A stretch of DNA of 64,000 nucleotides. Origin: Octopus vulgaris (Eukaryota). The stretch lies in contig OX597839.1 of the NCBI GenBank assembly GCA_951406725.2, positions 22,568,001-22,632,000 of the forward strand, given 5' to 3'. The notes under the pieces were generated by a model, which worked only from the letters and a program-made list of their open reading frames with translations, searched no databases and was not told where the DNA came from. A program made the translations under genes and the position numbers. Positions 1-13,446 of this stretch are shown piece by piece (position 1 is the first letter of the stretch; every line of letters starts with the position of its first letter).

Positions 1-265
1 GGCCACGGTCGGATTGGTGTATTCTACGTGCCACCGGCACGGAAGCCAGTCGAGGCGGCGCTGGCATCGGCCACGAGTCGGATAAAAAGCAGACCAGCCA
101 CCGGATGCCCAAATTTCGATATTTATAGAAATACGATGACTTCATTGTGGGGAATCACAAACAAACCTGTAACAGGATGCTGACTCCGACACTCCAGAAC
201 AACTTGAAAACATGTGACGCACTATGTGGGTCTTCTGATTATGTAAACATCTTTTGTTTTACGTA

Positions 266-659
266 TCTTTTACTTGTTTCAGTCATTAGACTGTTGCCAT
301 GCTGGGGCACTGCCTTGAAGAATTTTAAACTAAATGGATTGACTCCAATAATTATTTTTTGTTAAAGTTTAGTATTTATTCTATTGATCTATTTTGCCAA
401 ACTGCTAAGGTACAGGGGTGTAAACAAATCAACACTGGTTGTCAAGTGGCGGAGTAACAGAGACACAAAGACGCACACACACTGGGGGCTTCTTTCAATT
501 TCCATCAACCAAATCCACTCTCAAGGCTTTGGTTGGTTGGTGTGAGGTTAGGGTAGAAGACACTTGGCCAAGGTGCCACACAATGGAACTGAACCTGGAA
601 CCATGTGGTTGGGAAGCGAGCTTTTTACCACACACCCACATTAGCCACACTGTGCCTAT
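266..659 (-). mobile_element. tRNA-derived SINE family A (older, diverged copy)
   Basis: Homologous along its length to the young copies. Confidence 0.8.
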
Positions 660-911
660 ATGTTGAATATTTCACCAATTCTCTCTTAAATACCATTTAT
701 TTCTGAGAGGGTTTCTTTTTGCTATTTTATTGGTTTTTGCAAAACACTTTGCCTTCACAGATGGAGCAGGGCAGCTGGGGGGGGGGGGGCTGCTTTTACA
801 TTTTACTGTCTTTCTTTATGTTGTCCTTGCAGTCACCATTCAAGCAAAGACTTTGTAACACCCAGTCAGGTTTCCTATACATTTGAAGTTCAAATCCCAT
901 TCTTTCTTTTC

Positions 912-1298
912 TTTTCTTTTACTTGTTTCAGTCATTTGACTGTGACCATGCTGGAGCACCACCTTTAGTCGAGCAAATCGACCCCGGGACTTATTCGTTG
1001 TAAGCCCAGTACTTATTCTATCGGTCTCTTTTGCCGAACCGCTAAGTGACGGGGACGTAAACACACCAGCATCGGTTGTCATGTAATGCTAGGGGGACAA
1101 ACACAGACACACAAACACACACACATACATATATATATATATACGACAGGCTTCTTTCAGTTTCCGTCTACCAAATCCACTCACAAGGCATTGGGGCTAT
1201 AGCAGAAGACACTTGTCCAAGATGCCACGCAGTGGAACTGAACCCGGAACCATGTGGTTGATTAGCAAGCTACTTACCACACAGCCATTCCTGCGCCT
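912..1298 (-). mobile_element. tRNA-derived SINE family A
   Basis: Head GGCGCAGGAGTGGCTGTGTGG (A box) / GGTTCAGTCC (B box), internal (TA/TG)n, tail GACTGAAACAAGTAAAAGAG. Confidence 0.9.
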
Positions 1299-1469
1299 AT
1301 TTGCTAACTCTAATTTATTCTCCTCCTGGGGTAGTTAAAACAATTATTAGCAATATTCTGACACTGATTGTATCAAAACTGCTACAGTAGCCTGGGAGCA
1401 GTCTTCTATCTGGCTGGGCTCCTGTCAAACCATCCAACCCTTGCCAGCATGGAAGGAGGGCATTAAATT

Positions 1470-1509
<40 letters not shown>

Positions 1510-1980
1510 CTTGAATCCCCCAAAATCTGTGAAATTGTGCCAATACAAAGTAGCAATCTCGCAGACCTTTTGGTCTACAATTATTCCTGTTTCTCAAATT
1601 ACTTAACAAATAATTCTTACACACAAATCTTGTCAAAGAAGGGTGAAGGGTTTCTGGGTGGTATGGATGGTTTGTGTGAAGAACTGGCTTCTCATTCATT
1701 TCAGCATTAAAACATTCACACAGAGAAGGGCAGCTGTGATGGAACCAGATTATATTGGAACCTTTTTTTCTTTTTGATTTGTTGGTTGTTTTCTGGTAGT
1801 GTTTCTTCTCACACAGAACACACGGATTCCATCGCATAACTACAATAGGTGTGGTTTGGTCAAATATTTCTTTGAGAAGAAATATATTGGAAGTCTGAGC
1901 TAATATTTCTAAGCAGATTCTTTGAGGAAAAATAAGAACTGAAATTCAAAGCCTCCCTCATACACAAACATGCTTTTTCT

Positions 1981-2225
<245 letters not shown>

Positions 2226-2929
2226 ATACGGCCCTTTATATATATATATATTATTATCGAACCAAGAATCTAACTATAGGCCTTCTGTAACACTTTCGTA
2301 GCGTTACAGAATATATATATACATACATATATATATACACACACATGCATGCATGTATATACATAAATATACACACATACATATACGCACGTATGTGTGT
2401 ACACACACACACATGTATACATGTATGTGTGTTGGGATTCCCAAACGGCAACATATAAACAAGGTATCTTTGGCTTGGTGAGTAGCTGCTGGCTGAGTAA
2501 CCCTCATTGAGTAATTATTACATAAGAGGATCTGCCAGCTTGGAAACATATGTAGGCTGGATTTTACCTGTTCCACTCCCTCAATTTGGATACATACGCA
2601 TATATATGTATATATGCGCATACACACACACACACACACACACACAAGCAAGAATGCACTCAATACCTGCCAAAGAGTTTCATTTATTGATTCGTTGAAA
2701 ACTGATGATTCATTTCATCAGTCTCCCTCAAATGACATCCTGTCATCTTTCAAAAGGAAATGACACATTACATAACGGTAATCCTAGATTCACTAGGGAT
2801 GGTCATGGTGGGGAATACCTTTGAACCTAGCTTAAGTGGATTAAACTCAAAAAACCATGACAATGACTTCCGAACATTTGTGAAAGTCATTCACACTTTT
2901 TAAGAGTCTAAACAGGATCTTTCTTTTTT

Positions 2930-3150
2930 TATCTTTCACTTGCTTTTTCAGTCTTTGGACTGTGGCCATGCTGGGGCACCACTTTGAATAACTTTAGCCG
3001 AATGAACCAACCCCAGTTCCCTTTGTTTTTTTTTGAAGTCAGACACTTATTTTATTGGTTTCTTTTAGCAAACCTCTAAGTTATGGGGATGTAAACAAGC
3101 CAACACCAGTTATCAAGAGGTGGTGTGAGACAAAGTACATAGACACACAC
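2930..3150 (-). mobile_element. SINE family A, 3' half (diverged)
   Basis: gactgtggccatgctggggcacc...aacaccagttatcaag. Confidence 0.7.
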
Positions 3151-3209
3151 ACACGAAGGGTAGAGAAGTAGTATAGTTTTTATGACGCACTGTCTGATAC
3201 ATATATATG

Positions 3210-3323
<114 letters not shown>

Positions 3324-3341
3324 CATATGTATACACATATA

Positions 3342-3589
3342 CAGGGTTGGCCAAAAGGAACCCGACAGTAAATCAAAATTCCATAAATACTTAATATTCA
3401 ATTTTATTTATTCCTTTCAATTATGAAAGTTCAATAATTGAATGCTGTGAGTTAGAATCACCGTTTTTTTTCTTTTTTTTTTTTCAACATTTGTCTGTTT
3501 ATTAGGAAAGTCTCATAAAATAATTTCTTGTTTTAATCATGGAATTGAGTGGTTTTGATTTACTGTCAGGTGACTTTTGGCCAACCCTG
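3342..3589. mobile_element. Tc1/mariner-type MITE
   Basis: TIR CAGGGTTGGCCAAAAG..ACAGTAAATCAAAA at both ends; TA TSD. Confidence 0.85.
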
Positions 3590-3607
3590 TATATCTATCT
3601 ATCTATC

Positions 3608-3666
<59 letters not shown>

Positions 3667-3669
<3 letters not shown>

Positions 3670-4064
3670 CGCAGGAGTGGTTGTGTGGTAAGTAGCTTGT
3701 TTACCAACCACATGGTTCTGGGTCCAGTCCCACTGCGTGGCAACCTGGGCAATTGTCTTCTACTATAGCCTCGGGCTGACCAAAGCCTTGTGAGTGGATT
3801 TGGTAGACGGAAACTGAAAGAAGCCCGTCGTATATATGTATATATATATGTGTGTGTGCGTGTGTTTGTGTCTGTGTTTGTCCCCCTAGCATTGCTTGAC
3901 AACCAATGTTGGTGTGTTTACGTCCCTGTCACTTAGCGCTTCGGCAAAAGAGACCGATAGAATAAGTACTGGGCTTACAATGAATAAGTCCCGGGGTCGA
4001 TTTGGTCGACTAAAAGCGGTGCTCCAGCATGGCTGCAGTCAAAGGACTGAAACAAGTAAAAGAG

Positions 4065-4066
<2 letters not shown>
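3667..4066 (+). mobile_element. SINE family A, full length
   Basis: Near-identical to other young copies. Confidence 0.9.
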
Positions 4067-4123
<57 letters not shown>

Positions 4124-4133
4124 GTGTGTGTAA

Positions 4134-4476
4134 CCTTTTACTTGTTTCAGTCATTTGACTGCGGCCATGCTAGAGCACCATTTTAAAAGATTTTTTAAGG
4201 CCTGTTAGTTATTCTATCAGTTTCTTTTGCCAAACTGCTAAATTACATGGATGGGACATAAACAAACCAACATCAGTTGTCAAGTGAAGGTAGGTGGGAC
4301 ACACACACATGTATGTGACAAGCTTCTTTCAGTTTCCGCCTACCAAATCCACTCACAAAGCTTTGGTTGACCTGAGTCTATAGTAAAAAAGACACTTTGC
4401 CAAAGTTCCACACAGTGTGACTGAACCTGGAACCATATGGTTTGGAAATAAACTTCTTACCACACAGCCCTACCTA
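4134..4476 (-). mobile_element. SINE family A (diverged)
   Basis: Sequence similarity to family A. Confidence 0.8.
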
Positions 4477-4480
4477 TATA

Positions 4481-5400
4481 CAGTAATCCCTCGACTACCG
4501 TGGGTGTTATGTTCCAGACCCCCCCTGGGATAAGCGAAAATCCGTGAAGTAAAAACAGTTCTGTACTGTATATTTTTTCATTATTTTTATAATTTGTATA
4601 TATTTATTTTATTATTATCTTTATATAATTAAGCTTTTATAAATTCTCTCCACACTCTTAGGAGTTTCGTTTTCCATAAAGTCTGTACAATTCTTTGTTT
4701 ATTCATCTACGGTACACTCTCTTTTACTCTTTTACTTGTTTCAGTCATTTGACTGCGGCCATGCTGGAGCACCGCCTTTAGTCGAGCAAATCAACCCCGG
4801 GACTTATTCATTGTAAGCCCAGTACTTATTCTATCGGTCTCTTTTGCCGAACCGCTAAGTGACGGGGACGTAAACTCACCAGCATCGGTTGTCAAGCAAT
4901 GCTAGGGGGACAAACACAGACACACAAACACACACACACATACATATATATATGTATATACATATATACGACAGGCTTCTTTCAGTTTCCGTCTACCAAA
5001 TCCACTCACAAGGCATTGGTTGGCCCGGGGCTATAGTAGAAGACACTTGCCCAAGATGCCATGCAGTGGGACTGAACCCGGAACCATGTGGTTGGTTAGC
5101 AAGCTACTTACCACACAGCCACTCCTGCACCTATACTCCGTATTTTCTTTTAATAATATTTTAATTAATGTGTTATACAGTGCAGTGCTGTACTCTAATT
5201 TCAGTTTATGAATTTTTAGGTGTGAAAATGCTTACTTTATCAAAGAAATAATCAAACCTTAAAAAAATATAAATACCTATCAGCTTCAGAAACCCTGCAA
5301 TATACTGAGGACCCCACAATATAGATTTACATATATTAGCCAGAAAAATCTACGATGAACTGAAGACATGATAGGGGAACCATGATATGGCGGGTGATTA

Positions 5401-5403
<3 letters not shown>
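4481..5403. mobile_element. Tc1/pogo-type MITE interrupted by SINE A
   Basis: TA-CAGTAATCCCTCG ... CGGGTGATTACTG termini. Confidence 0.65.
4716..5132 (-). mobile_element. SINE family A, full length, nested in a Tc1/pogo-type MITE
   Basis: Near-identical to young copies. Confidence 0.9.
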
Positions 5404-5430
<27 letters not shown>

Positions 5431-5431
<1 letters not shown>

Positions 5432-5748
5432 ATAATAAATATTAGGGAATAAATCCAAATTTACAGGGAAAAATTAGATTTAGGATTAAATCCAATTTTA
5501 TAGTAAAATATTATATAATATTAATTAGAGACAAAACCACTATTTTGCAAATCAAACAAAGAAATACTTAATCCAATACATAAAAATTTAATATAAATTA
5601 AATAAAATTAAATTCGCCACTACAATTGTTTCGTGTCTCTTCAAAGGACATTCATCAGGTGGATTTCAGATCTTCTATTCAATTTTAAGTTATGTATTGG
5701 ATTAGGTATTTCTTTGTTTGATTTGCAAAATAGTGGTTTTGTCTCTAA

Positions 5749-5760
<12 letters not shown>
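5431..5760 (-). mobile_element. Penelope-like non-autonomous element with inverted repeat, inserted in (TA)n
   Basis: ~71-bp inverted repeats (5513-5583 / 5690-5760) flank a hammerhead core; (TA)n on both sides. Confidence 0.55.
5617..5662 (-). ncRNA. Minimal type-I hammerhead ribozyme motif (Penelope type)
   Basis: Minus strand CCAC-CTGATGA-aTGTC ctttgaaga GACAc-GAA-ACAATTGT-A-GTGG: stem I CCAC/GTGG, conserved core, palindromic stem III, GUA cleavage triplet. Confidence 0.65.
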
Positions 5761-5796
<36 letters not shown>

Positions 5797-6360
5797 CAGT
5801 ATTAATAAAAAAGATGGAATGAGTAAAAGATTTTATTGGGTAGGAGACGTTTCGACCTGTTCTGGGTGACTTCGGGTACATCAATAAAAAGTCTCACTAT
5901 ACACCCGTGTCTATATACTGACCAACTGTAAATAACATTGAAAAAAATTATTTCTTTAAATTATTGTATTTTATGATGTTGCCATTGCCAACAAGCAGGT
6001 AGGTGTGTGTGTGTGTCTGTATGTATGTATGTATGTATATAGTAATATGTAAAGGCAAGATCCAAGGATCAAGATGTAGGAAGTTAGTAAGGTTCAAGCA
6101 GTCCATAGAAGGTATAAAAAACAACTTTCAGGAACAAGAGGGGTTTATTGACATAGTAAAATTTTCCCCATATCGGAGTTCGATAAGCTGAAAAAATTGT
6201 TTTATAATTTACGGTAAGCAGCCAGGTTTGCTGTGTATGTGAGTGAAATTTAGGGAACGGAGAAGGTAAAATACCGGCTCCAAATGTTTCCAGACGAGGA
6301 AACATATGGAGCCTGAATTTTACCTACTCCATTCATCGAATTTGGGTGTGTGTATATATA

Positions 6361-6777
6361 TACTCTTTTTACTCTTTCTCTTTTACTTGTTTCAGTCATT
6401 TGACTGCGGCCATGCTGGAGCACCGCCTTTAGTCGAGCAAATCGACCCCGGGACTTATTCTTTGTAAGCCCAGTACTTATTCTATCGGTCTCTTTTGCCG
6501 AACCGCTAAGTGACGGGGACGTAAACACACCAGCTTCGGTTGTCAAGCAATGCTAGGGGGACAAATACGGACACACAAATACACACACATACACGTATAT
6601 ATATATATATACATATATACGACAGGCTTCTTTCAGTTTCCGTCTACCAAATCCACTCACAAGGCATTGGTCGGCCCGGGGCTATAGCAGAAGACACTTG
6701 CCCAAGATGCCACGCAGTGGGACTGAACCCGGAACCATGTGGTTGGTTAGCAAGCTACTTTCCACACAGCCACTCCT
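6361..6777 (-). mobile_element. SINE family A, full length
   Basis: Near-identical to young copies. Confidence 0.9.
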
Positions 6778-7473
6778 CATATATATATGTATGTATGTAA
6801 AACCAAAAGTAAAACAGAAAAGCACAACAAAAAGAAACTGTCAAAACGCAACATATGGAAAAAAAGGATCGTTCACAGCCAGTTGCCTCTTCAGTGTCCA
6901 GAATGCCCATGTAGTTTTGCCCACTTATCTCTGATACAATTCGAAACTGGCTGGACCAAGGACTCAAGCTAACAGCATTAAGCCCATACACACACACACA
7001 CATACACACATCAGGCTTACACCTGTGTCTATATACTGACAAATTGTAAATAATATGAAAAAAAATATTATTTTTTAAAATTATTGTATTTTATGTTGTT
7101 GCCATTGCCAACCAGCAGATATGATCTCACACTTTATATTCTAGGATTTACAGAAAACCCTCTTCAAAATTTCCCCCATTAATTATAACTGTCACAAACC
7201 CCTAAATACTGTCTAAAAACACACTAAATTATCAGGGAAACCAGACTGAAATTTTACCAGACAAAAAAAAAAGGGGAAATTTTATGAAAAATTATATAAA
7301 AAAAACTCCATTAAATAAAAGGTGGCGTTTGGTTTCGGAATAATAAAGTTTCAATTACAGAAATGGAATCGAGTTCAAATGACAAAACCTAGTAACAACA
7401 ACAACAACAGCAGTGATATGTGAGAGAAGGAGTGTGTGGTGTGTGTGTGTGTGTGTGCTGGTGTACTGTTCAC

Positions 7474-7568
7474 CTAGAGCTGTCGGCAGAAGATATACTG
7501 GTGGTGAAGCACTCCCTGGACCTCCTACATCTGTTCCTCAACCCACAAGAGTCATCCAAGAGACTCAT
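7474..7568 (-). CDS. Candidate alternative start exon (MSLLDDSCGLRNRCRRSRECFTTSISSADSS + AG, phase 2)
   Basis: Unique GC-balanced island between microsatellites; ctgcag| acceptor at 7580, ATG at 7568, 31 open codons, TAG|GTGAAC donor. Confidence 0.3.
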
Positions 7569-7604
7569 TTAAAAGGATTCTGCAGAGCAGCAGTAGTAAT
7601 ACTA

Positions 7605-7678
7605 ATGATGATGATGACGACGACGACGAATGGTATGATGATGATGATGATGATAATAATAATGATGATGATGACAAC

Positions 7679-7710
<32 letters not shown>

Positions 7711-7916
7711 TGATGATAATAATAATGATGATGATGATAATAATAATAATAATAATAATGATGATGATGATGATGATGATGATGATAATGATGATGATGA
7801 TGATGATAATAATAATGATGATGATGATGATAATGATGATGATAATAATAATAATGATGATGATGATGATGATGATGATGATAATGATGATGATGATAAT
7901 GATGATGATGATGATA

Positions 7917-7963
<47 letters not shown>

Positions 7964-8024
7964 AATAATAATAATAATGATGATGATAATAATAATGATG
8001 ATGATGATAATAATAATAATAATA

Positions 8025-8059
<35 letters not shown>

Positions 8060-8150
8060 AATGATGATGATGATAATAATAATAATGATGATGATGATAA
8101 TGATGATGATAATAATAATAATGATGATGATAATGATGATGATGATGATA

Positions 8151-8197
<47 letters not shown>

Positions 8198-8258
8198 AAT
8201 AATAATAATAATGATGATGATAATAATAATGATGATGATGATAATAATAATAATAATA

Positions 8259-8293
<35 letters not shown>

Positions 8294-8387
8294 AATAATG
8301 ATGATGATGATAATAATAATAATGATGATGATGATAATGATGATGATAATAATAATAATGATGATGATAATGATGATGATGATGATA

Positions 8388-8434
<47 letters not shown>

Positions 8435-8460
8435 AATAATAATAATAATGATATTAATAA
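7605..8460. repeat. Compound (ATG)n/(ATA)n trinucleotide array with higher-order period
   Basis: Direct reading. Confidence 0.95.
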
Positions 8461-8461
8461 T

Positions 8462-8568
8462 GATCCTTTCTACTATAGGCACAAGGCCTGAAATTTTGGG
8501 GGAGAGGACCAGTTGATTATATTGACCCCAGTGCATAACAGGTACTTAATTTATCAACCCCTGAATGG
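8462..8568 (-). mobile_element. SINE family B 3' fragment
   Basis: atcctttctactataggcacaaggcctgaaatt...ggtacttaatttatc. Confidence 0.75.
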
Positions 8569-9385
8569 ATAATAATGATAATAATAACAATAATGTTAAT
8601 AATGATGATGATGATGATGATGATGATAATGATGATGGTGATGACGCTACTTTTAGTCGTTGTGTGGGTGGGGTGCGGGGGGGTGGTGGTGTCTGACTCT
8701 GATTTCACAAAATGGTATTTACCAGTGAGTGAGGGTGGTTATTAGAATCAGAAAAATGGTAGGGAATTAAAAAGGAAAATAAACGGTGCGGGGCTTGGAG
8801 GAGGGTGGTGGAGACTGGGATGGGGGTGTCAATAGAGATTTAATGGGTTCCGTCTTGAAAAGGAAAGGAGATGATGTTAGAAGGGGAGGCAGGGGTCTTT
8901 CTTTTATTTTTGTTTTATTCTTCTTTATTCTTCTTTAAATGTGTTTCACTTAATTATTTCAGTTCCATTAAAAGATATCGTGATTGTAATGTCAACTGAA
9001 GTTTATTGTGGGACATATGTAATAAGCAATGAATGAAACGAGTCATGAAGGATGCTGGAAATAACAGTCAAGTCTCCCTCATACCCTCATACTGTCTTAG
9101 AAGAAAAAGCAGGATACGTATGATGGAATCATCCTGGTTGTTGCCATATTTGAGAGAAATGCGTATCTTTCTACATGGTCACTTAATATGCTAGAAATAG
9201 CAGTCAAACTTCCCTCAAACTAGTCTTTAAAAAACCAAAATGGTAGATAGGCACACACACACACACACACACATACATACATACATTCAGTGTATTAAGG
9301 AGTTGATTGGTTCAACAAAAGGAAGGATTTCTAGTGATTCTACCAAGAAATATTCTGAGAGAAGAATACATTGGTAGAAATTCTA

Positions 9386-9790
9386 CGCAGGAGTGACTGT
9401 GTGGTAAGTAGCTTGCTAACCAACCACATGGTTCCGGGTTCAGTCCCACTGCGTGGCATCTTGGGCAAGTGTCTTCTGCTACAGCCCCGGGCCGACCAAT
9501 GCCTTGTGAGTGGATTTGGTAGACGGAAACTGAAAGAAGCCTGTCATATATATGTATATATATATATGTATGTGTGTGTGTGTGTGTCTGTGTTTGTCCC
9601 CCTAGCATTGCTTGACAACCGATGCTGGTGTGTTTACATCCCCGTCACTTAGTGGTTCGGCAAAAGAGACCGATAGAATAAGTACTGGGCTTACAAAAGA
9701 ATAAGTCCCGGGGTCAAGTTGCTCGACTAAAGGCGGTGCTCCAGCATGGCCGCAGTCAAATGACTGAAACAAGTAAAAGAGTAAAAGAGT
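9386..9790 (+). mobile_element. SINE family A, full length
   Basis: Near-identical to young copies. Confidence 0.9.
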
Positions 9791-10029
9791 TGAAATGATG
9801 TTGTTCTTGCTGTTGCTATTTAGTAGAATAAGATTAAAGTAAAATAATGTCAGAACGTTGATGGGGGAGAGAGAGAGAGAGAGAGAGAGAGAGTGTGTGT
9901 GTGTGTGTGTATGAGAGGGAGAGGCAGAGAGTGTGTGAAAGAGTGAGAGGGAGAGTGAGTGAGAAGGAAAGGTTGAAGAGAGAGTTGCATGTGTTTGAGG
10001 AGGCTGATACATTAGTCTTTTGTCTTTAA

Positions 10030-10372
10030 TCTTCTACTCCTTTCATTCATTAGTCTGCGGCCATGCTGGGGCACTGCCTGGAAGAATTTTAGTTGACTGA
10101 ATCGACCCCCAGGACTTTTATTTTACATTCAAACTTGGTACTTATTCTATCAGTCATGGGGGTGTAAACACACCAACACCGGTTGTCAAGCGGGGGGGGG
10201 GGGGACAAACCCAGCACACACTCACACACACATACATATATGATGGGCTTCTTTCAGTTTCCATCTGTCAAATCTCCACTCATAAGGCTTTGGTCAGCCC
10301 TAGGCTATAGTAGAATACACTTGTCCAAGGTGCCATGCAGTGGGACTGAACCTAGAACCTTGTGGTTGGGAA
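10030..10372 (-). mobile_element. SINE family A (diverged)
   Basis: Sequence similarity to family A. Confidence 0.8.
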
Positions 10373-10599
10373 TGTATTAAAACCATTTCTGTTTTTTCCT
10401 CAGCCAACCAACAGACCGTGAAGAGAATAATGTTGAGATTAGGAGAAAAAACTCATTTTCAGATTTCCTATTTCAATCCCGAAGCCAGGATTACAAGCAA
10501 CCAAACGCTGGAGTCTCCTTGGGAAACATTTCCTAAAGTACTTTCCTTCTCGCCCCCCACCCCCACGCTCTTTCCACACACATGCACACTCTCTGCCTG

Positions 10600-10795
10600 T
10601 CTCACTCTCTCTCACAAAACACTATCTTTCTTTCTCACTCTCTCTCACAAAAACACTATCTTTCTTTCTCACTCTCTCTCACAAAAACACTATCTTTCTT
10701 TCTCACTCTCTCTCTTTCTTTCTCACTCTCTCTCACAAAAACACTATCTTTCTTTCTCACTCTCTCTCACAAAAACACTTTCTTTCTCACTCTCT
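10600..10795. repeat. ~32-bp minisatellite (ctctctctcacaaaaacactatctttctttctca)
   Basis: About 5 copies in a CT-rich tract. Confidence 0.9.
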
Positions 10796-10977
10796 TTCTT
10801 TTTATGTCTGCTTGTCCTTCTCTCTCTCACACACACTGTCTTTCTTTTTCTCTGTCTCTGTCTGTCTATCTGTCTCTCTCTCTTTCTCTTGGTCTTTATT
10901 TTCTGCCTGTCCCTCTCTCTCACACCCACAGTCTTTCTTTTTCTCTGTCTCTTTCTCTCTCTCTCTTTCACACACTG

Positions 10978-11027
<50 letters not shown>

Positions 11028-11473
11028 TCTCTCCAGAAATGTCAACAATACCAATTCCAAGGGCCCATAGATTCCCAGGTTCAAATTTCTATTTAAGACA
11101 AATTAAATACTCATTAAAGCAGTGAAATTGTTTAATGGCAAATGAATTCGCTTTTAAACAAACACTACACCCCCACCCCCACCCTCACCCTCATTCTTAT
11201 TTGTTTATTTATTTATGGTTTTTTTTTTCTTTTTTTCCTCCCCTTATTTACTTTCTTTTTTTTCCCCCTCTCCAAGTTTTTTTCTTTCCATTTTAAGGAT
11301 TACAAAATTAAACGCTGTAAAGTATCTCTGAAGAATCTTCCGCTCTTTTGAAACGTTGTCATCGCCGCCAACACCGGCGCCACCACCTCGGCATGGGTGA
11401 ATTGATTCAAGACAATTGAAGACAAATTATTTAAGTTGTTTCATTATTTTGCTTCAACTGAACAGAAAAGTAA

Positions 11474-11477
<4 letters not shown>

Positions 11478-11528
<51 letters not shown>

Positions 11529-12150
11529 TGTGTGTGTGTGTGCGCATATGTAGGTGTATGCGTGCATGTATGTTTATGTCTGTATGCATATGTGTGTATG
11601 TATGTGTATATGTATGTATATATGTGTGTGTATATGTACATGTATGTGTGTATATGTATGCATGTATGTGTATGTATGTGTATATGTATGTATATATGTG
11701 TGTGTATATGTACATGTATGTGTGTATATGTATGCATGTGTGTGTATGTATGTGTATATGTATGTATATATGTGTGTGTGTGTGTATATGTACATGTATG
11801 TGTATATGTATGCATGTGTGTGTATATATGTGTATATGTATGTATATATGTGTGTGTATGTGTACATGTATGTGTGTGTGTATGTTTATGAGTGTATATG
11901 AACATGCATGTTTGAGTATGTGTGTGTATGTATGTGCATATGTATGTGTATAAGTAGGCATATGTGTGTGTATGTGTGCATATGTGTATGTGAATGCATG
12001 TATATGTATGTGTGTATATATATGCATATGTAAATGTATAGGTGTGTATGTGTATATATGTATGTGTATGAGTGTATATGTACGTGTGTGTATATATATA
12101 TATGTATATGTGTGTATATGTATATATGTGTGTGCATGTGTGTGTGAGTG
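11478..12150. repeat. Compound (TG)/(TA) microsatellite
   Basis: Direct reading; similar tracts at 15380-16070, 19650-20020, 22370-23400, 50850-51160, 60340-61570, 62810-63100. Confidence 0.95.
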
Positions 12151-12618
12151 AAGAGCAGATTTGAAACTTTTTTTTTACCCTGCTTTTATCGTAGCTTGAA
12201 CTTGTAATCTCTGTTTCTACATTCTCCTCCTCCTCCTCCTCCTCATTATCTCCAGAACAAGAAAAGTGCCAAAGAAATGTCTATTAGCCGTTCCCCCCCC
12301 CCACCTGCTTCCACCCCCTCCCCCTCACACCCTTCCCTTTCTTGTTTATAAATGTGGTGTAATAACGGTGATGATTGATGCTGCATAACATTGGCACTTG
12401 GGTGGTGGGGGTCGGGGGGGCTGCGGGAGAGGGTGGGGGTGCGGGAGAGGGTGGGGGAGCTTTTTTGTTTTTGTTTGTTTGTTTTTTGTCGTTGAACGGA
12501 AAAAAAAAAAAAAATGTAACCACTTCTTCACTGAGAAACACGTATTTTTCCACAAGAGAGGAGTAGGAGGAGGAGAAGGTGTGAGTGAAATAGGTGAGAA
12601 AAGGGGAGGGAAACGGGG

Positions 12619-12654
<36 letters not shown>

Positions 12655-13446
12655 AGGGTGCTGATGGAGCCATTTGCAAGAGTTGTGGAACAGCTCAGGT
12701 GGAAAGAAGTGAGTCTATTGTGGAAGACAAGACGTGGGTTTGAAAGTACTTTGTTGGGGAATGCCAAGAGGTGCTGGTATTTGATATAAATAGAGACGAG
12801 TGATAGAGGAAGGAGAGAAAGAGAGAGAGAGAAAAGGGAAGACTCAAAAATATATAACAATGATGATGATGATAGTAATAATAATAATATAGATATAGAC
12901 AGTGATGATGATGATGATGATAAGATATGAGACGCAAAGAAAAGAATGTTATTGACAAAGAGCATATTAAATTGTAGATGTTACAACTCCTTTATCTACC
13001 CTCACAGATGGTAGTAATAATAATAATAATAATAATAATAATCATAATAATAATAATGATAATATTCCACCACCAGGGCCTTCTTTCTCTCTCCAACACA
13101 AAGTTATAAAAGGAAACAACATAGGGATTCACTTTGCTGAGAGAAGAAGAAGAAAAAAATAAACAAACAAGAACCCTTTCAGCAGAGATAGTTTCAGTAA
13201 AAGGATGTTGTCTTAGGATGATTCTGTCTAACGACTTATTTGTATCATAAAAAAAAATAAACCCCAGAAAAATTCCAGGGTTTTATATTCGTTAAGATGA
13301 GATTAGCCCTTATATTGAAGGGCAACTAGTTTTTATCTCAGGGGTTTCTAGTAGTCAGAGCTGGACAGAGCAACTGGGAGTAATTAGCTAACTATACACA
13401 CACACACACACAACATCTCAACATCTAACTACCTATGTATATGTAT

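Noticed and set aside
4889-5164. Recurrent MSSNARGTNT...EDTCPRCHAVGLNPEPCGW 'protein family' with a CxxC-like motif
   Set aside because: Antisense reading of SINE family A; frames vary with the internal microsatellite.
7413-8536. 367-aa Met/Ile ORF and 323-aa poly-Ile ORF
   Set aside because: Products of a stop-free trinucleotide array.
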